A stretch of DNA of 63,148 bases, counting the filler, from Pelomyxa schiedti (taxonomy: Eukaryota; Protista; Evosea): NCBI GenBank assembly GCA_020536535.1. It is 14 parts of 14 records of this genome, joined end to end, with 100 filler letters (N's around TTAATTAATTAA, not from the genome) between each part and the next. Parts side by side here need not be neighbours in the genome. Positions count along the whole stretch, not along the records: positions 60,529 to 61,856 come from JAHLWZ010002592.1; positions 61,957 to 63,148 come from JAHLWZ010002719.1; 12 more parts are not named here. The stretch is one strand, 5' to 3'. The translations under genes were made by a program, and so were the position numbers. The first letter of the stretch is position 1. The number at the start of each line of letters is the position of its first letter. Below the pieces are notes generated by a model. It did no database searches and had not been told where the DNA came from. It saw only the letters and a list, made by a program, of their open reading frames with translations. Positions 60,529 to 63,148 of this stretch are shown piece after piece.

Positions 60529-61856
60529 ATGGTTGTGGCTCCAGGTTGGCTGGACGTGCCAACCGACGACGACCTGTGGTGCGCCGCGAGCTTGGACGTG
60601 ATCAGGCTCGCACAGGCGATGTTCCCTCTGGTGCCACGAGCGTGCCGCAGGGTGATGGCCGGGCCCACAGACCCTGACGGCGACGACCCGGGATCCACTT
60701 ATGGGATCATCACCATCGCGGCCAGGGCGCTGGCTCCGTCCTGCATCGCCTGGATCTCGAACCACAGGCAAACCGGCGGCACCACCATCAACATCACCAG
60801 GTCGTCTTCGTCGCTGTCGGAATCATCAGGGAATGGTGGCAAGGCACAACGACTCGTGGCGAGGGACACTGTGGAAGTTGCGGTGAAAGAAATTGCAGCG
60901 ACGATGAATGGTCTGTGCATCGGGGGACACCATCAGGCCGCACGCACGTTCCTGGGTGATCGTGGTCATCATGGTGGTAATCGCCACGACGCACACGGGG
61001 CCGGGGTTGGGATGGTGGTGGGTGATTCCGCTTCTTCTGCTGACGGAATGTCGCTGCCATCGTCAACGCACACAGCAGTCAACAGTGGTTGTGTCGGGGG
61101 CACATTGCCGCTGCTGTGGGATGGACGCTGTGTTGCGAGGTGGAGAGCCGCTGCTGATTATTGTGGTGTTGGTGGTGCTGGGAATGATGCGAGATTGTGT
61201 GTGGAAGGAGGTGGAGGTGGTGGGACAGAGGTGGTGTCTTTGAGGGAAAAAGTGGTGGAGTATTTGAGGGCGTCGTGCGGAACGGAGACCTTTAGTGTGT
61301 GTGATACTGACAACGTGGAGTTTGCTCGATGGCTGGTGCCTGTTCTTGGAATTGGGGTGGATGATGCACCTTGGATGCTGTACCAGTCAATGTGGAACTC
61401 GCTGTATCGCGGAGAAAATACGCAGGTTGTGAAGTGGCTGTTTGAAAAGTTTCAATTGGCGGAAAGGCTGGATCCTCTGGTTCTTGTGGATTTGATGGAG
61501 TGGTGTGCAAGAGGTGAGTCACCTGGGAGCTTCAGGTGGTTCATCGAAAAGAAATTTCCAATGCCCACCACCAAAACGGAAATTGTGGACTCACTTCTCC
61601 AGAATGAGCACGCATCTGTGGAAATTTGCCAATGGTTTGAAAGTGATATTCTCAGTGTTGGTGTTGATGACGAACTCCTGATGCAAATGCGGAACCCAGA
61701 AGTTGTCAAGTGGGTCCTTTCAAAGGTGCCACTCGACCCAAGTGAGGAGGCGTTGAACGTTCTCTGTGGAAGTCTTGGTGACGTTGAGTTCGCTCAGTGG
61801 TTGGTCACTGAGAAGAAATTTACTGTAACACCACAAATGTTTGAGTTTGCATGTAC
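60529..61856 (+). CDS. Expanded family B member with degenerate ankyrin-like repeats (both ends truncated)
   Basis: Repeats NVEFARWLV, NTQVVKWLF, SVEICQWF, NPEVVKWVL, DVEFAQWLV. Confidence 0.7.
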
Positions 61857-61956
61857 NNNNNNNNNNNNNNNNNNNNNNNNNNNNNNNNNNNNNNNNNNNN
61901 TTAATTAATTAANNNNNNNNNNNNNNNNNNNNNNNNNNNNNNNNNNNNNNNNNNNN

Positions 61957-63148
61957 CTTTCCTGCACCATTGCTGTTGAAGGTTCCCTTCCTTGCTGCCT
62001 CCTGAGGTCACTCTCCTTGACTGGCTTCAACCTTTCCACATGCACTGTAGGGAAAATCGCTGATCTTCCAAAATCCAGTGTCCTTGTCAACTCTGTGGGC
62101 TTTGCCTGCACTCTGTATGGACCTAGCCACTTTGGCTCCCCTATTGCCCTCTTCCCTGGAGGCCGTTTCATCCATACCTGAGTACCCACTTCCATCTCTG
62201 CCTTCTTCTTGGCTAACCTTCGTTTCATAGAGAGTCTTTGCCTGGCCTTCTCAGCTTCCTGGTGGACCTTGACAGCTTCAGCCACATTCTTCCTCTGTTC
62301 CATTAGCATCATCATGTAGTCAGACTGTGGTTCTGGCAATGGAGTAGCTCCCGTTGCAAGATCGAATGGTACCACTGGGTCTCTTCCATGGTCAATGAAG
62401 AACGGTGTCTCCCCAGTAAGTGCACTCATTGTATTGTTGATGTCCATCTCAACCCAATGTAGGTTCTGGTCCCATGTGTGAGGGTCTGCCTGGCAGAACT
62501 TCTCAATGCATGCCTTGACAGTCTTCACTGCGTTTTCAGCAGCACCATTGCTCTGAGGATGGTATGATGTTGTTGGCAGTGACTTGATCCCCCACGCTGT
62601 GTAAAACTGCTGACAGAACTCTCCTATGAATGATGGGTCTCTGTCACTGATGATGTTCTTAGGGCATGACTGCATCCTGATCCAGTGCTTCTCAAATGCC
62701 TTGATGATAGTTCCTGGCTCCTTGTTCTTCAAGGTACAGACTCTGACTACCTTGCTGTATAAATCCACCATCACTAGACCTTCAGTTCGACCCTTCCTGG
62801 TCTGAGGCAAAGGCCCAAACATGTCTATGGCTACATATTCCCCTGGATATCTAGCTATGATCGATTTCGGCTGAAAAGATGCCCGACTTCTCCTCTGCTG
62901 TTCACAGACAGTGCATGAGGCAATCCACTCCTTCACATCCTCATACATGCGAGTCCACCAGTACTTCCTGGCGATCGCTTGAAAGGTCTTCTCTGTGCCA
63001 AAGTGTCCTCCACCTTGGATCCTATCGTGGTAGAACTCCAGTACTGTTGCCTTCCAACCTTTGGGAATACAGATCCTCTTGGTCCTAGACCTCTTTGGAT
63101 TCTTGACAGGCTTGTCCAAGTGCCATAGAATCCCTTCATCCACCGTGA
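61957..63148 (-). mobile_element. Ty3/gypsy LTR-retrotransposon pol, integrase region
   Basis: H2C2 zinc domain YHD..GGHFG..KT...YWW..CTVC; catalytic D (IDMFGP), D (SDRD) and E (GAAEN); GPY/F module KWLGPYRV...VHVERLKP. Frame is uninterrupted. Confidence 0.95.

Noticed and set aside
29160-61956. Recurring TTAATTAATTAA as a biological repeat or piggyBac TTAA target
   Set aside because: Always centred in a fixed 100-nt N block; it is a six-frame-stop concatenation linker. Gene neighbourhoods across these linkers are meaningless.

Overview
Eukaryotic, gene-dense DNA with many ~40-60 nt GT-AG introns and the standard code. My inference is an anaerobic flagellated amoebozoan (Archamoebae, Pelomyxa-like), based on CysK, a NadR-type domain, POC5 and lineage-specific expanded families; this is unverified. 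The window is not contiguous: 14 contigs are joined by 13 artificial N-TTAATTAATTAA-N linkers, and there are six 100-N scaffold gaps. The first contig (1-29159) carries TAP42/IGBP1 head-to-head with a solo Ty3/gypsy Gag-like ORF, a RhoGAP apparently lacking its Arg finger, cysteine synthase, a bZIP factor, a tandemly duplicated tRNA cluster (iMet, Glu-CTC, Gly-CCC), a ~3,900-aa C2 + 28xPLAT (LOXHD1-like) gene built from six-domain super-repeats, and POC5. The small contigs hold a DH-PH RhoGEF, HGH1, ankyrin proteins, a decayed intron-containing piggyBac, NMNAT- and NadR-like fragments, a TRIM-like gene, an AIG1/septin-like GTPase, a bacterial-style surface repeat protein, an atypical Rab, members of two expanded orphan families and a gypsy integrase. 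Best candidates for new biology: (1) a probably domesticated Gag capsid gene (Arc/PEG10-like) at 2562-4631; (2) a ~290-nt hairpin with strand-biased G:U pairs at 54254-54546; (3) a 3x47-nt structured-repeat array at 36464-36650; (4) the 28-PLAT giant; (5) the tRNA array, whose boundary hairpin occurs in two loop orientations.
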